A stretch of DNA of 64,000 bases, from positions 186,001-250,000 of the forward strand of contig JAUCBJ010001846.1 in NCBI GenBank assembly GCA_032718475.1, in the 5' to 3' direction. This DNA comes from Nemertoderma westbladi (Eukaryota > Animalia > Xenacoelomorpha). A program made the position numbers and the translations under genes. Below are positions 31,296 to 41,035 of this stretch, piece by piece (positions within the stretch are counted from its first letter, which is position 1; each line of letters begins with the position of its first letter). The notes under the pieces were generated by a model. The model saw nothing but the letters and a program-made list of their open reading frames with translations. It was not told the DNA's origin and did not search any database.

Positions 31296-32399
31296 GTGGC
31301 ACAGCGCTTTGTTCATATCATTAGCGGCTTATCAGTCGGGGGGGCGGAACATCAACTGCTTCGCTTAATTGAATTCCAAAAGGATCAAGCATCATCTCAT
31401 GTGGTTGTAGCCCTTAAAGGGTGCGCTTTGGCACCTGCTTTTGAGGCCACCGGGTGTGAGGTAATTTTGTTAAAACTCAATCGATTTTGGCAAAGTGGCA
31501 AGGCTTTTAAGCGGTTGTGCCAATTATGCCAACAAACACCTGTTAAACGAATAGATTGTTGGCTGTACCACAGCCATGTATTGGGCAGTTTGTTGCGTTT
31601 TATCTTTAGGTTAAAAGCCCCCTTGGTATTTCATGTTAGAAGCGGTTTGCATGGGGGGTCTGGGATGAAGCGTTTAACCAGGGGCGTGCTTTATTTAAGT
31701 CGGGGGCTGTCTTATCGAGCCAATCGGGTGGTGTTTAATTCTGATGAGGTTTTTGTACAACACCAACAATTGGGTTTTTGTATGAAAAAGGCGTGTGTGA
31801 TGCACAATGGCTTTAATGTTGAAGCCCCAGTTAAAAACTTAACGTTGTATGAGAATTTTCGAAAACAAAAGGTTCCTCAAAATACCTTTTTAGTCGGGAT
31901 GTTGTGTCGTTTTCATCCCGTTAAGGGATTGGATGTTTTGATCAAAGCATTATCAATTGTTTTTCAACAAAACGACACCGTATGTGGCGTGATCGCAGGG
32001 CCAAGGGTAGCTGAAAACCGCCAGCACATTTTAGCGCCGCTAGAGGCTGTTTTTCATCACCGTATTTTACTACTACCCCCAATGGACTCAGCGCAGTTTC
32101 TACCCGTGCTGGATGTGGGTTGTGTGCCTTCTTACAGTGAAGCGTTTTCCAATGTGTTAGTGGAGATGATGTTATCTGAACTATTTGTGCTTTCAACTAA
32201 TGTGGGGGCAGCAGGGCAATTGTTAGGGCCTGATCATTTATTAGAGGTAGGCGATCACCAAGCGCTGGCTAAAAAAATTGAGCAGGCTGCTAACTTAGAT
32301 GAAAAACAGCGTTTAAAGGTGGGGGCGGCTATGCGAAAGCGGGTGTTTGAGCAGTTTAGCATGCAAGCGATGAATGAGCGCTACCAAGTTTTGGTTTAG
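31296..32399 (+). CDS. Glycosyltransferase family 4
   Basis: HIISGLSVGGAE, W.YH, RFHPVKG and EAFSNVLVEMM. Confidence 0.88.
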   Translation: MAQRFVHIISGLSVGGAEHQLLRLIEFQKDQASSHVVVALKGCALAPAFEATGCEVILLKLNRFWQSGKAFKRLCQLCQQTPVKRIDCWLYHSHVLGSLLRFIFRLKAPLVFHVRSGLHGGSGMKRLTRGVLYLSRGLSYRANRVVFNSDEVFVQHQQLGFCMKKACVMHNGFNVEAPVKNLTLYENFRKQKVPQNTFLVGMLCRFHPVKGLDVLIKALSIVFQQNDTVCGVIAGPRVAENRQHILAPLEAVFHHRILLLPPMDSAQFLPVLDVGCVPSYSEAFSNVLVEMMLSELFVLSTNVGAAGQLLGPDHLLEVGDHQALAKKIEQAANLDEKQRLKVGAAMRKRVFEQFSMQAMNERYQVLV

Positions 32400-32971
32400 G
32401 GAGCGTTTAGGAAATTCTCAAGCAATTGGTGGCCGCATTCGGTCAGTATTGATTCTGGGTGAAACTGCACTCCAAATATGGGCAAGGTTTTGTGCTGTGT
32501 GGCCATCACAGGCCCGGTTTGTTTGTCATTTGTGTAGGCGGTGGGGATAAGAAAATCGGAGAGTTGGGTTTTTTCGCTCGACCATGAATGGTAGCGGGCG
32601 GCCAAAAAGGGGGTGGGCATGTTTTTAAATAATGAGCTGTCATCGTGATAAATGGGCGAGACTTTGCCATGCATGATAGGCAATTTAATGGATAATTGCC
32701 CGCCAAACGCTTTAATGATGGATTGATGACCCAAACACACCCCCAATATAGGTGCATATTCACCTAAATATTTTGCCACCTCAATACAAACCCCAGCCGC
32801 TTCAGGTACCAAAGGGCCTGGGGAGAGAACAATATAGTGGGGTCGTAAGGTTTTAATTTGGGTAAGGGTTATTTCATCGTTTCTTTTAACCAATACATTT
32901 TGACCTAAGGTTTTAAAGTACTGTGCTAGGTTGTAAACAAAAGAATCGTAGTTATCAATTAACAAAAGCAC
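32396..32971 (-). CDS. Anthranilate/aminodeoxychorismate synthase component II (TrpG/PabA)
   Basis: IDNYDSF, SPGP, GVCLGHQ, RYHS and QFHPES. Confidence 0.93.
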   Translation of the reverse strand: MLLLIDNYDSFVYNLAQYFKTLGQNVLVKRNDEITLTQIKTLRPHYIVLSPGPLVPEAAGVCIEVAKYLGEYAPILGVCLGHQSIIKAFGGQLSIKLPIMHGKVSPIYHDDSSLFKNMPTPFLAARYHSWSSEKTQLSDFLIPTAYTNDKQTGPVMATQHKTLPIFGVQFHPESILTECGHQLLENFLNAP

Positions 32972-32986
32972 GGTTGATCAGGTGTG

Positions 32987-33670
32987 TTAGGGGGTGTTGA
33001 GCAAACTTCGCATCTGCTTAATGGCTTTGGCGTAATCGGGTGTGCCAAAAATGCCTGAACCGCTAATAAAGGTATCAGCCCCTGCTTTGGCCACACTTGC
33101 AATGGTTTTAGCATTAATGCCCCCATCAACACCTAAACGAATGGGGTAGGGTTTGATCAGTTGTTTGGCCGCTTGAAGGGTTTGAAGGGTTTGGGGGATG
33201 AACTTTTGGCCGCCAAACCCAGGGTTTACGCTCATGATTAGCACATAATCGAGTAGGGGTAGTACGGGTTTGATCAGCTCAAGGCTTACCCCAGGGCTTA
33301 GCACAAGGCCTGCCTGAATGCCTAGTGATTTAATAAGGGTAAGGGATCGGTGGGTGTGGGGGTTAATTTCAGGGTGAAAGCAAATTAAACTTGCCCCTGC
33401 TTTGGCAAATGATTGGATGAGTGTATCGATGTGATAGGTCATTAAATGGACTTCATAAAAGGCGTTGGGGCAGTGGTTGGCAAGGCTTTGGAACACCACA
33501 GGGCCTAGTGTTAGGTTGGGGACGTAGTGTTGATCCATTACATCGACATGAATGCGATCTACCCCTGCGCTTAGTACGTTTGTAACTTCATTGCCTAGTT
33601 GGGCAAAGTTGGCGGCAAGTAGGGAGGCGGATATTTGATAAGGGGTTTTGTTAGGGGTGTTTATTTTCAT
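32987..33670 (-). CDS. rpe: Ribulose-phosphate 3-epimerase
   Basis: HVDVMD.HYVPNLT, VHLM, MSVNPGFGGQ and VDGG. Confidence 0.97.
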   Translation of the reverse strand: MKINTPNKTPYQISASLLAANFAQLGNEVTNVLSAGVDRIHVDVMDQHYVPNLTLGPVVFQSLANHCPNAFYEVHLMTYHIDTLIQSFAKAGASLICFHPEINPHTHRSLTLIKSLGIQAGLVLSPGVSLELIKPVLPLLDYVLIMSVNPGFGGQKFIPQTLQTLQAAKQLIKPYPIRLGVDGGINAKTIASVAKAGADTFISGSGIFGTPDYAKAIKQMRSLLNTP

Positions 33671-33753
33671 GGTTTAGGGGTGATTTTTTGATGTCATTTT
33701 CCAACTTATTGAACACTGTAATCAGATAGTGAAGGTCTGTAATAGTGTTTTGA

Positions 33754-34777
33754 TTATAGGTGCCTTCTGGCTGGATTTTGTTGATCCATTCTTGACAATA
33801 TTTTCGACCTGCTTGGATTGATTGGCCACATCAATATGTGCTTTGCGTTCGTTTTCATATACAGTTTCGCAGACATTGATGTGTAGTTGTGCGAACCTGA
33901 AATGAAGTATACCAAAACCGATTTGAATTCGGACTCATCTTTTGGGCTGTTTAAATACAATTGAAAGGCTTTTTCGTAAGCATACTGGGCTTGGACATAT
34001 TCCTGAAGTCTTTGGTAGTCAATCCCCTTTTTGATGCAGTATTCAGCATCTTTTTCAACAATACGGTGGGCGGTGTTGTTGCAAGTGGAAAAGCCGTCGA
34101 TATCTTGAAACAGGGTGCGCTCATGAATGTTAAATAATTGTTGTAATTCTTGTTTAATTTGGGGTTTATGGCCTGCCTTAATGTTTAGTGTTTTAAAAGG
34201 TTTAAGGGGTTGGTTGGTTAAAATAAACACCCCTTTTTGGGCAAATAAACGTTGGGTGCTTTTAAAGGTGGGTTGAATATACGTAGGATTTTTTGCCGCA
34301 CTTTCTAATATGTTACCTGCAGTTACCTATGATTTCTTGAAGTGCCTTCATAGGGGTAGTATCCATCATCAATAGCTTTCCGTCACGTTCTTGGTCGCCT
34401 TGGCAGGCAAAATAAAGCGCCACTAAACAATCGGTTGAAAAATCAATCAGCCCTGTGGCCGTACCATCATGTTGAAGTTCGACCAGTATTTCAATATCTT
34501 TTAAGTTTTGATCACTTTGGTAGTGGTGGTCTTTTACCTCATTTAATAAATCGAGGTGGTAGTCGATAAATGCTTCCTTGCTGGGGGTTTGTTTTTCTTG
34601 GTCTTCCCTTCCTAGGTTAAAACGCCGATAATAGGTACTTTCAAGTGTCCACACAGCATTAAATTGCCCGCGATAAATCCATGCGCTACCTAAAGCCAAA
34701 GGGTTTTGTGAGTCGTTATTAGTCGCTTCAGATAATTGGGCTAGGTAGTTTGCAACCATACTCATATTATTTTTCAT
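33754..34777 (-). pseudogene. FRG-domain protein with TPR-like C-terminus, frameshifted
   Basis: YRGQ, LQHDG..T.LIDFS....VALYFAC, then in another frame QRLFAQKGVF and LF.DIDGF. Break at a duplicated GTTACCT (34312-34328). Confidence 0.8.
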
Positions 34778-34821
34778 GTCTTGATAGGTGTTTTTTCAGC
34801 AGCTAAAGACATTATAAAACA

Positions 34822-35517
34822 TTACAACACTTGAGTATTTTGGTGGTTTGCTTGGCGTTTTAGCGCGCAGTCAATTTGGATGCTGGCCATGTCATAACTA
34901 TTTTTACATACCTTTTGTGCCGCAATTGAAAGCTCTGTGCAGCTAATAACAACAGTGTTGTTTGATTGGTATTTTGTTAGCAAGGCGTTAAATTTTTTAA
35001 TGAGTGAGTCGTTTTCCCTGTAATGGTAGGTTTTTTGTCTGACCTCATCTATTAGGTTTATTTCTTGTTGGGTGGGGTGGGTAATAACAATATTGTTGGC
35101 TTTGAATATTGAGGGTAAGTAGTTTGAGCACATGGTGTGCATGGAGCCAAAGATAACAATGTTTTTGATGCTGTTGGCCTTTAGCTGATCAATTGTGGCA
35201 TGTATTGGGTGGATTAGCGGGGTTTTGATTTGACAGGTGATTTGATCAAGGGTTTCGTGTAGGGTGATGTTTGGAATAAGTAAATATTTTATATCAAGGT
35301 TTATTAGTGAATGAATGTAGCCAAGCAGTATGGGTTTTAGTTTTTCAACGTTATTGGGTAGGTGAGAGTTGATGTGGCAAAAGTTGGTGTTTAACAGTTT
35401 AAAGGGGAAGGTGTTGTCTGCCCTGTAAAGCTTGCGGTAGCGTTTATTGAGTTGTTCTATATAAAACGTGGTTGACCTAGCCCCAAGGCCGAGTAAGCCA
35501 ATGCTTGCTTTGATCAC
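34822..35517 (-). CDS. Aspartate/glutamate racemase-fold protein with one catalytic-position Cys
   Basis: IGLLGLG..ST.FY, IPNITLH (where C-N-T is expected) and ISCTELS; GTGA overlap with egtD. Confidence 0.75.
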   Translation of the reverse strand: MIKASIGLLGLGARSTTFYIEQLNKRYRKLYRADNTFPFKLLNTNFCHINSHLPNNVEKLKPILLGYIHSLINLDIKYLLIPNITLHETLDQITCQIKTPLIHPIHATIDQLKANSIKNIVIFGSMHTMCSNYLPSIFKANNIVITHPTQQEINLIDEVRQKTYHYRENDSLIKKFNALLTKYQSNNTVVISCTELSIAAQKVCKNSYDMASIQIDCALKRQANHQNTQVL

Positions 35518-36464
35518 CTGTTTTGATTGAGCAGGTAGTTGGCAAAGTATTGTTGGCTGTCACTAAATTTGTTGGTTATTTCAAACCCTGTGTTTTGTAG
35601 GATGTTGGCAATGATTTGATCGTCATATTTTCGTGAGATTTCAGTCAACATTTTTTCACCCCTTTTAAATAAAAATGATTGATCTAGGGCTTCAATATGA
35701 ACTGTTTGTTTTTGACGGCTTTTTAGGTAACTTTTAACAATCCCTGATTGTTCACAGTATTGAGGTTCGTAGCTAAACGATTGAATGTCGAAATTTGCCC
35801 CTAGTTGCTTGTTGATTCTACTCAGCAAATTTAGGTTAAAGGCTTTGGTAATGCCTTTTTGATCGTTATAGGCGGGTAACACAATTGAGGTTGGTTTGAT
35901 CAAGTCAACCCCTAAAAATAGCTGATCATTTTTGTTTAGATAGGTGCTGAGATTTTCAATAAAATTGCCAGCCTCTTTATCGCTTAAATTACCCAAGCTA
36001 GACCCTAAAAATAAAACAATTTTGAGGGCGTTAGATGGTATTAAGTTTTTCAGCACTTGAAAATATTCACCGCACTTTGGTTTGACCGAAAGGGTTGCAA
36101 GCTCGGTTTTTAGCGATTGCTCAAGGCCGTTTAATGCGTTTTTGGAGATATCAACTGGAATATAACTAAAGTTGTAATTTTTTTTAGTGAGTGCTTCAAG
36201 TAGTCGCTTGGTTTTTAGCCCATTCCCTGCGCCTAGCTCAATTAATTCAAAATAAGTGTTGGTATTCAGACCAAAGGCATTAATGATCAACTTGATTTGC
36301 GTTTGGAAAATTTCTAACTCTGATCGGGTTAAATAATATTCATCCAATTGCATAATTTGGGTGAAAAGCAAACTCCCTGTTTCATCATAAAGGTATTTTG
36401 AAGAAACCGATTTGGGAACAGCACTTAAGCCCGCGTGTATGTCTTGTTTAAATTGTTGTGTCAT
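35514..36464 (-). CDS. egtD: L-histidine N-alpha-methyltransferase
   Basis: KYLYDE.GS.LF.QI..L.EYYLTR.E, ELGAG.G.KT, FLGSSLGN, AYND..GIT.AFN.N and TEISRKY. Start MTQQF at 36464. Confidence 0.93.
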   Translation of the reverse strand: MTQQFKQDIHAGLSAVPKSVSSKYLYDETGSLLFTQIMQLDEYYLTRSELEIFQTQIKLIINAFGLNTNTYFELIELGAGNGLKTKRLLEALTKKNYNFSYIPVDISKNALNGLEQSLKTELATLSVKPKCGEYFQVLKNLIPSNALKIVLFLGSSLGNLSDKEAGNFIENLSTYLNKNDQLFLGVDLIKPTSIVLPAYNDQKGITKAFNLNLLSRINKQLGANFDIQSFSYEPQYCEQSGIVKSYLKSRQKQTVHIEALDQSFLFKRGEKMLTEISRKYDDQIIANILQNTGFEITNKFSDSQQYFANYLLNQNR

Positions 36465-37615
36465 ATTGATTGAACCAGTCGAATACCTGTAAATTGCCAA
36501 CGTTCATCGGGGTGAAAAAAATTACGATAAGTGTTGCGGCTGTGACCTTTGGGGGTCGCAACCGATCCCCCGCGAAGCACCATTTGATTGATCATAAATT
36601 TTGCGTTGTACTCACCTACCGCCCCTTCGCACTTTTTAAACTTTGGGTAAGGCAGATAAGCGCTGTATGTCCATTCCCACCGCACACCCCAAGCTAGTTT
36701 TAGTGCAGCCACTTCCCACTCAAACTCAGTGGGCAGTCGCATCTGCTTGTACTGGGCATAAGCGGCTGCCTCATAAAAACTTACATGTCCAACCAAAGCC
36801 TTGGGGTCAATCTTTTTTAAGCCTGATAGGGTGTAGTAGTGCCATTCACCCTTTATTTGGTGCCAGTATAAGGGGCACTTGATTTGGTGCTCTTTTCGCC
36901 ATAACCAGCCTTCTTCTAGCCAAAAGTTAGCCTCCTCATAACCGCCTGCTTCTATAAAAGCGATAAACTCCTCATTGGTAACTAGATGATTGTTAATTTC
37001 ATATTCATCCAAATAAATTTGATGGGCGCCTCGCTCATGGTCGTAACAAAAACCGTCCCCTTTATAGCCCACCTCGTAAACACCACTGTTAATTAAAACC
37101 GTATTTGATGACGCATTTCTTGCAGCCATTAAGTTGGAATGCTTTTGATAGATAGGAAAAGTGGGCTGATGACCCAAAATGTATTTGATGTCCGTGAGTA
37201 AAAGCTCTTGGTGTTGTTGCTCGTGGTTAATGCCCAAAATGACTAAATCGATCAACACTTGGCTGTTGTTTTGATCAAGCAGATCCAAAATTTTGTGGGT
37301 GATAAAGTCTCTGTAAGCGTAAATTTTTTCCAGCCCTGGGCGTGTCATATCACCTCGTTTAGCGCGAAGGGTTCGCTCGCCTAACGCGTTGTAATAGCTG
37401 TTAAAAAGATAGAAAAAATCCTGATTGTAAGGTTGATAATTTGCGACATATTTTTCCAGTATAAATGCCTCAAAAAACCAACTAGTATGTGCCAAATGCC
37501 ACTTTGGGGGGCTTACAAACTCAACAGGTTGCGCCACACAATCTTCAAAATTAAGTGATTGACAAAGCTGCTTGGTGAGCGCTCTGTTTTTAAGAAAAGT
37601 CTGCTGGATATCCAT
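36461..37615 (-). CDS. egtB: Ergothioneine sulfoxide synthase EgtB
   Basis: SPPKWHLAHTSWFFE, FNSYY, HEQQHQEL, FGE-sulfatase RLPTEFEWE, EYN.KFM and YRNFF...RWQFTGIR. Confidence 0.92.
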   Translation of the reverse strand: MDIQQTFLKNRALTKQLCQSLNFEDCVAQPVEFVSPPKWHLAHTSWFFEAFILEKYVANYQPYNQDFFYLFNSYYNALGERTLRAKRGDMTRPGLEKIYAYRDFITHKILDLLDQNNSQVLIDLVILGINHEQQHQELLLTDIKYILGHQPTFPIYQKHSNLMAARNASSNTVLINSGVYEVGYKGDGFCYDHERGAHQIYLDEYEINNHLVTNEEFIAFIEAGGYEEANFWLEEGWLWRKEHQIKCPLYWHQIKGEWHYYTLSGLKKIDPKALVGHVSFYEAAAYAQYKQMRLPTEFEWEVAALKLAWGVRWEWTYSAYLPYPKFKKCEGAVGEYNAKFMINQMVLRGGSVATPKGHSRNTYRNFFHPDERWQFTGIRLVQSI

Positions 37616-37902
37616 TATAAAGTTTCTCTATGTAGAGTAGGCCATCAAAATTAAGCATTCAATGAAAAGGTTAAAATTGCTGAAAAAACTCACCAACAGT
37701 CAGTTTTGGTTTAAAGCATTAATAACAGTATTAAGTAGCTTGGCACGTTAAGCGTGGTGATTCCTAAATTAAAAACTAAAAAACTACAACAATATTGGAT
37801 TGTGTGCAACCGCTTGGTGGTGCATTCACCCAACGGGTCAACATGTGTGCAAAAATATGAAAAACACTTTCTGTCATAAGATGATTCTTGCCGTTTATTG
37901 AT

Positions 37903-38361
37903 ATGAGTTATTTATTAGGAATTGATTATGGCCTAAAGCGGATGGGGGTATCGGTTGGACAAACCATTACGTGCCGTGCCCGTTCACTGGGGGGGCTTTA
38001 CACCCAGCCTGAAAAACAGCGCTGGAAGCAGCTAGATGCTTTGATCAATCGTTGGAAGCCTGTGGGGCTGGTGTTTGGCAAGCCTTTGGATAAAGACGGC
38101 GGCATGCAGCCGATGATGTATACAGTGTTTGATTTTGTTTGGCTGTGTATTAAGCGCTACAATACGAAAGCCTACTGGATTGATGAGCGCTACACCACCT
38201 TAAGTGCCAAGTCAGACTTGGGTTGGCGATTTTCTAGCCAACAGGCTAAAAGAGACCGATTATTGGTGGATGGGCAATCAGCAATGCTGATTTTATCAGA
38301 CTGGCTGGCCTTAACCGATCAACAAAAGGAGCAAAGCATTGTCCCAAATTCAATCACCTGA
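37903..38361 (+). CDS. ruvX: Holliday junction resolvase-like / pre-16S rRNA nuclease YqgF
   Basis: LGIDYGLKRMGVSVG, DERYTT and D..SA.LIL. Confidence 0.9.
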   Translation: MSYLLGIDYGLKRMGVSVGQTITCRARSLGGLYTQPEKQRWKQLDALINRWKPVGLVFGKPLDKDGGMQPMMYTVFDFVWLCIKRYNTKAYWIDERYTTLSAKSDLGWRFSSQQAKRDRLLVDGQSAMLILSDWLALTDQQKEQSIVPNSIT

Positions 38362-38833
38362 TCACTTAATTAATCAGCTGGCTTTGGTTTTAGAACAGCA
38401 ATTTAGCCCGCTTGAAGATCACCTAATTGTTGGCATTGAGCGGGGGGGTTTGTATGTAGCCAAACAACTAAAAACACAGTGCGCTGGCATTGCAAATGTA
38501 TACTCACTAAATATTAATTTTTACCGAGACGATTTTCAAAAAGTAGGGTTATTACCCAACACCGGGCCTTCAAATTTACCCGCAAGCATTGATGATCGGC
38601 GCATTTTATTAATTGATGATGTGTTATATACTGGGCGTACCATACGCGCTGCAATGAATGAATTATTTGATTATGGAAGGCCCCACTCAATTGCTTTGTG
38701 TGTGCTTTATAGGCGCATGGGTCGAGAGCTCCCTATTGAACCGGATTGGGCAGGCCAAACCCTTCAATTGCCAAACACTCAAAATATTCGCTTGTATCAG
38801 GCAGATGAAAACCTCCAAGCACAAATTGTATGA
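38339..38833 (+). CDS. pyrR: PyrR / uracil phosphoribosyltransferase-like protein
   Basis: FYRDDF, LIDDVLYTGRTIRAAMNELFDYGRP and RELPI. Confidence 0.92.
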   Translation: MSQIQSPDHLINQLALVLEQQFSPLEDHLIVGIERGGLYVAKQLKTQCAGIANVYSLNINFYRDDFQKVGLLPNTGPSNLPASIDDRRILLIDDVLYTGRTIRAAMNELFDYGRPHSIALCVLYRRMGRELPIEPDWAGQTLQLPNTQNIRLYQADENLQAQIV

Positions 38834-39816
38834 ACGATTCCATCCAAAGTGATGTCACGTGTTTTGATTCATCCTTCACCCATTTTTTAACCACTAAGGG
38901 GGTAACAATTGGTGAAGTTGAAAAAATTTTACACCTCGCACAGTCTTTTTTTGATCCCAACAGTAACACCTTAAAAAAAGTACCCTTGTTACGGGGCTTG
39001 ACTGTGGCCACGTTATTTTTTGAACCCAGTACGCGCACAAGAACCACCTTTGAGTTAGCGGCCAAAAGGCTTTCAGCTGATGTCCTCAATATTGATATTG
39101 GTTATTCATCCAGCAAAAAAGGCGAAACGTTATTAGACACGGTGCGTAATTTAGAAGCCATGCAGGTCAATATGCTAGTGGTTCGTCATTTTGAAGGCGG
39201 TGCACCACATTTTTTAGCTCAACAGGTTGGCAAAAATGTATCGATCATTAATGCAGGTGATGGTTGTCACCAACACCCCACCCAAGCACTTTTAGATGCC
39301 CTAACCATTGCCCAACACAAAGGGGGGTTTAGTAAGTTGGTTATTGCAATTTTGGGGGATGTTGAACATTCCCGTGTTGCACGTTCCCAGCTGCATGTTT
39401 TTTTAGGCTTGGGGGTTAAGCAAATCAGAATTGTAGGGCCTAGTACACTTTTTAGCGCACACACACTAGATCGGCGCATCAAACATTTTAGTTGTGTGGA
39501 AGAAGGCTTAGCAGGCGTGGATGTGGTGATTGTACTTCGCTTACAAAAAGAGCGCATGGTGCACACCTATTTGCCTAGTTTTGAAGAATACTTTAAGTTT
39601 TTTGGCTTAACGAAGAAGCGATTATCTTATGCCAAGCCCGATGCCATTGTGATGCACCCAGGGCCAGTTAATCGATCGGTTGAAATTGTATCAAACATTG
39701 TTGATGGCACACGTTCGGTCATATTAGAACAAGTAACCAACGGCATTGCTGTTCGCATGGCCGTGATGGCCTTGCTTGCTCAGTCTCAATCAGCAAAAAA
39801 GCGTGATGCAGTATAA
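38830..39816 (+). CDS. pyrB: Aspartate carbamoyltransferase catalytic subunit
   Basis: FFEPSTRT, NAGDG.HQHPTQALLD and MHPGP.NR. Confidence 0.97.
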   Translation: MNDSIQSDVTCFDSSFTHFLTTKGVTIGEVEKILHLAQSFFDPNSNTLKKVPLLRGLTVATLFFEPSTRTRTTFELAAKRLSADVLNIDIGYSSSKKGETLLDTVRNLEAMQVNMLVVRHFEGGAPHFLAQQVGKNVSIINAGDGCHQHPTQALLDALTIAQHKGGFSKLVIAILGDVEHSRVARSQLHVFLGLGVKQIRIVGPSTLFSAHTLDRRIKHFSCVEEGLAGVDVVIVLRLQKERMVHTYLPSFEEYFKFFGLTKKRLSYAKPDAIVMHPGPVNRSVEIVSNIVDGTRSVILEQVTNGIAVRMAVMALLAQSQSAKKRDAV

Positions 39817-41035
39817 AGCAATATTAATTCAGTCAATTCAAGTATTTAATGCGGCGACTCAGTCGCTAGAATTAAAAGATATTTATGTTGAAAATGGGCA
39901 TATTCAGTCGCTAGATCAGCGCAAGGTACTTGATGATTGTTTGGTGATAAGCGGCGAGTCTCGCATCGCCATGCCAAGGCTGGTGGATTACTCGGCTAAG
40001 ATCGAATCATTTGATCAGCTTAAACCATTAAACAAAACGCTCCAATCAGCTGGGGTGGGGACAACTTATGTTAATTTTAGCGTACAGGCATATCTGCAAC
40101 ACCAACATTTATTAAGTAGTTGGTCAAATAATCAAAGCAGTGATTGCTGCATTTTGCCTGTTTTACCCCTAGCAGAATCAGGTCAAATGTCTTCCATTTT
40201 ATCCCTTCAATTGGCGGGGGCTCGGGCATTTTCAAATGCAGGTGCATGTGGTTTAACTTTGAGTGCGATGATCAATATATTTCGTTATATTTCAGACACA
40301 AAGCTTCTTGTCATTATTGATGTAAGCCACCATGCTGAACACAAAGGTGCCCTTCATGCGGGTAACACGGCTTATTGGATGGGGGTAAAGCGTTCACCTA
40401 CCATTGAAGAAAGTATGTGGGTGAGCTATTACATTGAGCTAGCATTACTGACACAAGTACCCATTCATTTTCGATCCATTAGTGCTGCCCGTTCAGTTAA
40501 GCTAATCGAACAAGCCAAGGCATGTGGTATGAAGGTGAGCTGCGATACTTCAATTCTACATTTGCTCTTCACCGACCAACAAACCCAAGGGTTTGGTGAT
40601 TATTTTCGTATTCAACCCCCCCTTCGCTCATCCGCTGATCAGCTAGCCTTAATCGAAGGACTTCAAACTGGGGTGATTGACTCAATCAGCTCAATGCACG
40701 GGGCGGCCTCCTATAATGTGCTGTGTGCACAAAAACATTGGCAGGTGTTGGGGGATTTTTGGCCCCTAGTCTATCACCTTGTTTCGGCTAATCAGCTAAG
40801 TTTGGTACAAGCGATCAATTGTGTGACCCGTCGCCCAGTCACTTTGGTTACGGTGGTTGATGCACCAACCGTTGAAGTTGGTCAACCCGCTAGTTTTTGT
40901 ATTTTCAGCCCCACAGGCTCTCACCTAATCACATCATTGGTGCCAGAGGTGATAGAGAAAATTGGGCATGAGACACTAGCTGGTGGTTTGGTTGAATATG
41001 TAATCGCAGGTGGCTGTGTGTTTAGCCATGCGTAG
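39806..41035 (+). CDS. Dihydroorotase-like protein, probably inactive PyrC'
   Basis: Amidohydrolase fold (PPLRS..D..ALIEGL.TG.ID), but the metal-binding HxH is replaced by LVDYSAK; follows pyrB. Confidence 0.8.
   Translation: MQYKAILIQSIQVFNAATQSLELKDIYVENGHIQSLDQRKVLDDCLVISGESRIAMPRLVDYSAKIESFDQLKPLNKTLQSAGVGTTYVNFSVQAYLQHQHLLSSWSNNQSSDCCILPVLPLAESGQMSSILSLQLAGARAFSNAGACGLTLSAMINIFRYISDTKLLVIIDVSHHAEHKGALHAGNTAYWMGVKRSPTIEESMWVSYYIELALLTQVPIHFRSISAARSVKLIEQAKACGMKVSCDTSILHLLFTDQQTQGFGDYFRIQPPLRSSADQLALIEGLQTGVIDSISSMHGAASYNVLCAQKHWQVLGDFWPLVYHLVSANQLSLVQAINCVTRRPVTLVTVVDAPTVEVGQPASFCIFSPTGSHLITSLVPEVIEKIGHETLAGGLVEYVIAGGCVFSHA

Noticed and set aside
36461-37615. Selenoneine (SenA) or ovothiol (OvoA) synthase
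   Set aside because: No senB/senC nearby and no C-terminal methyltransferase domain; coupling to egtD fits EgtB.
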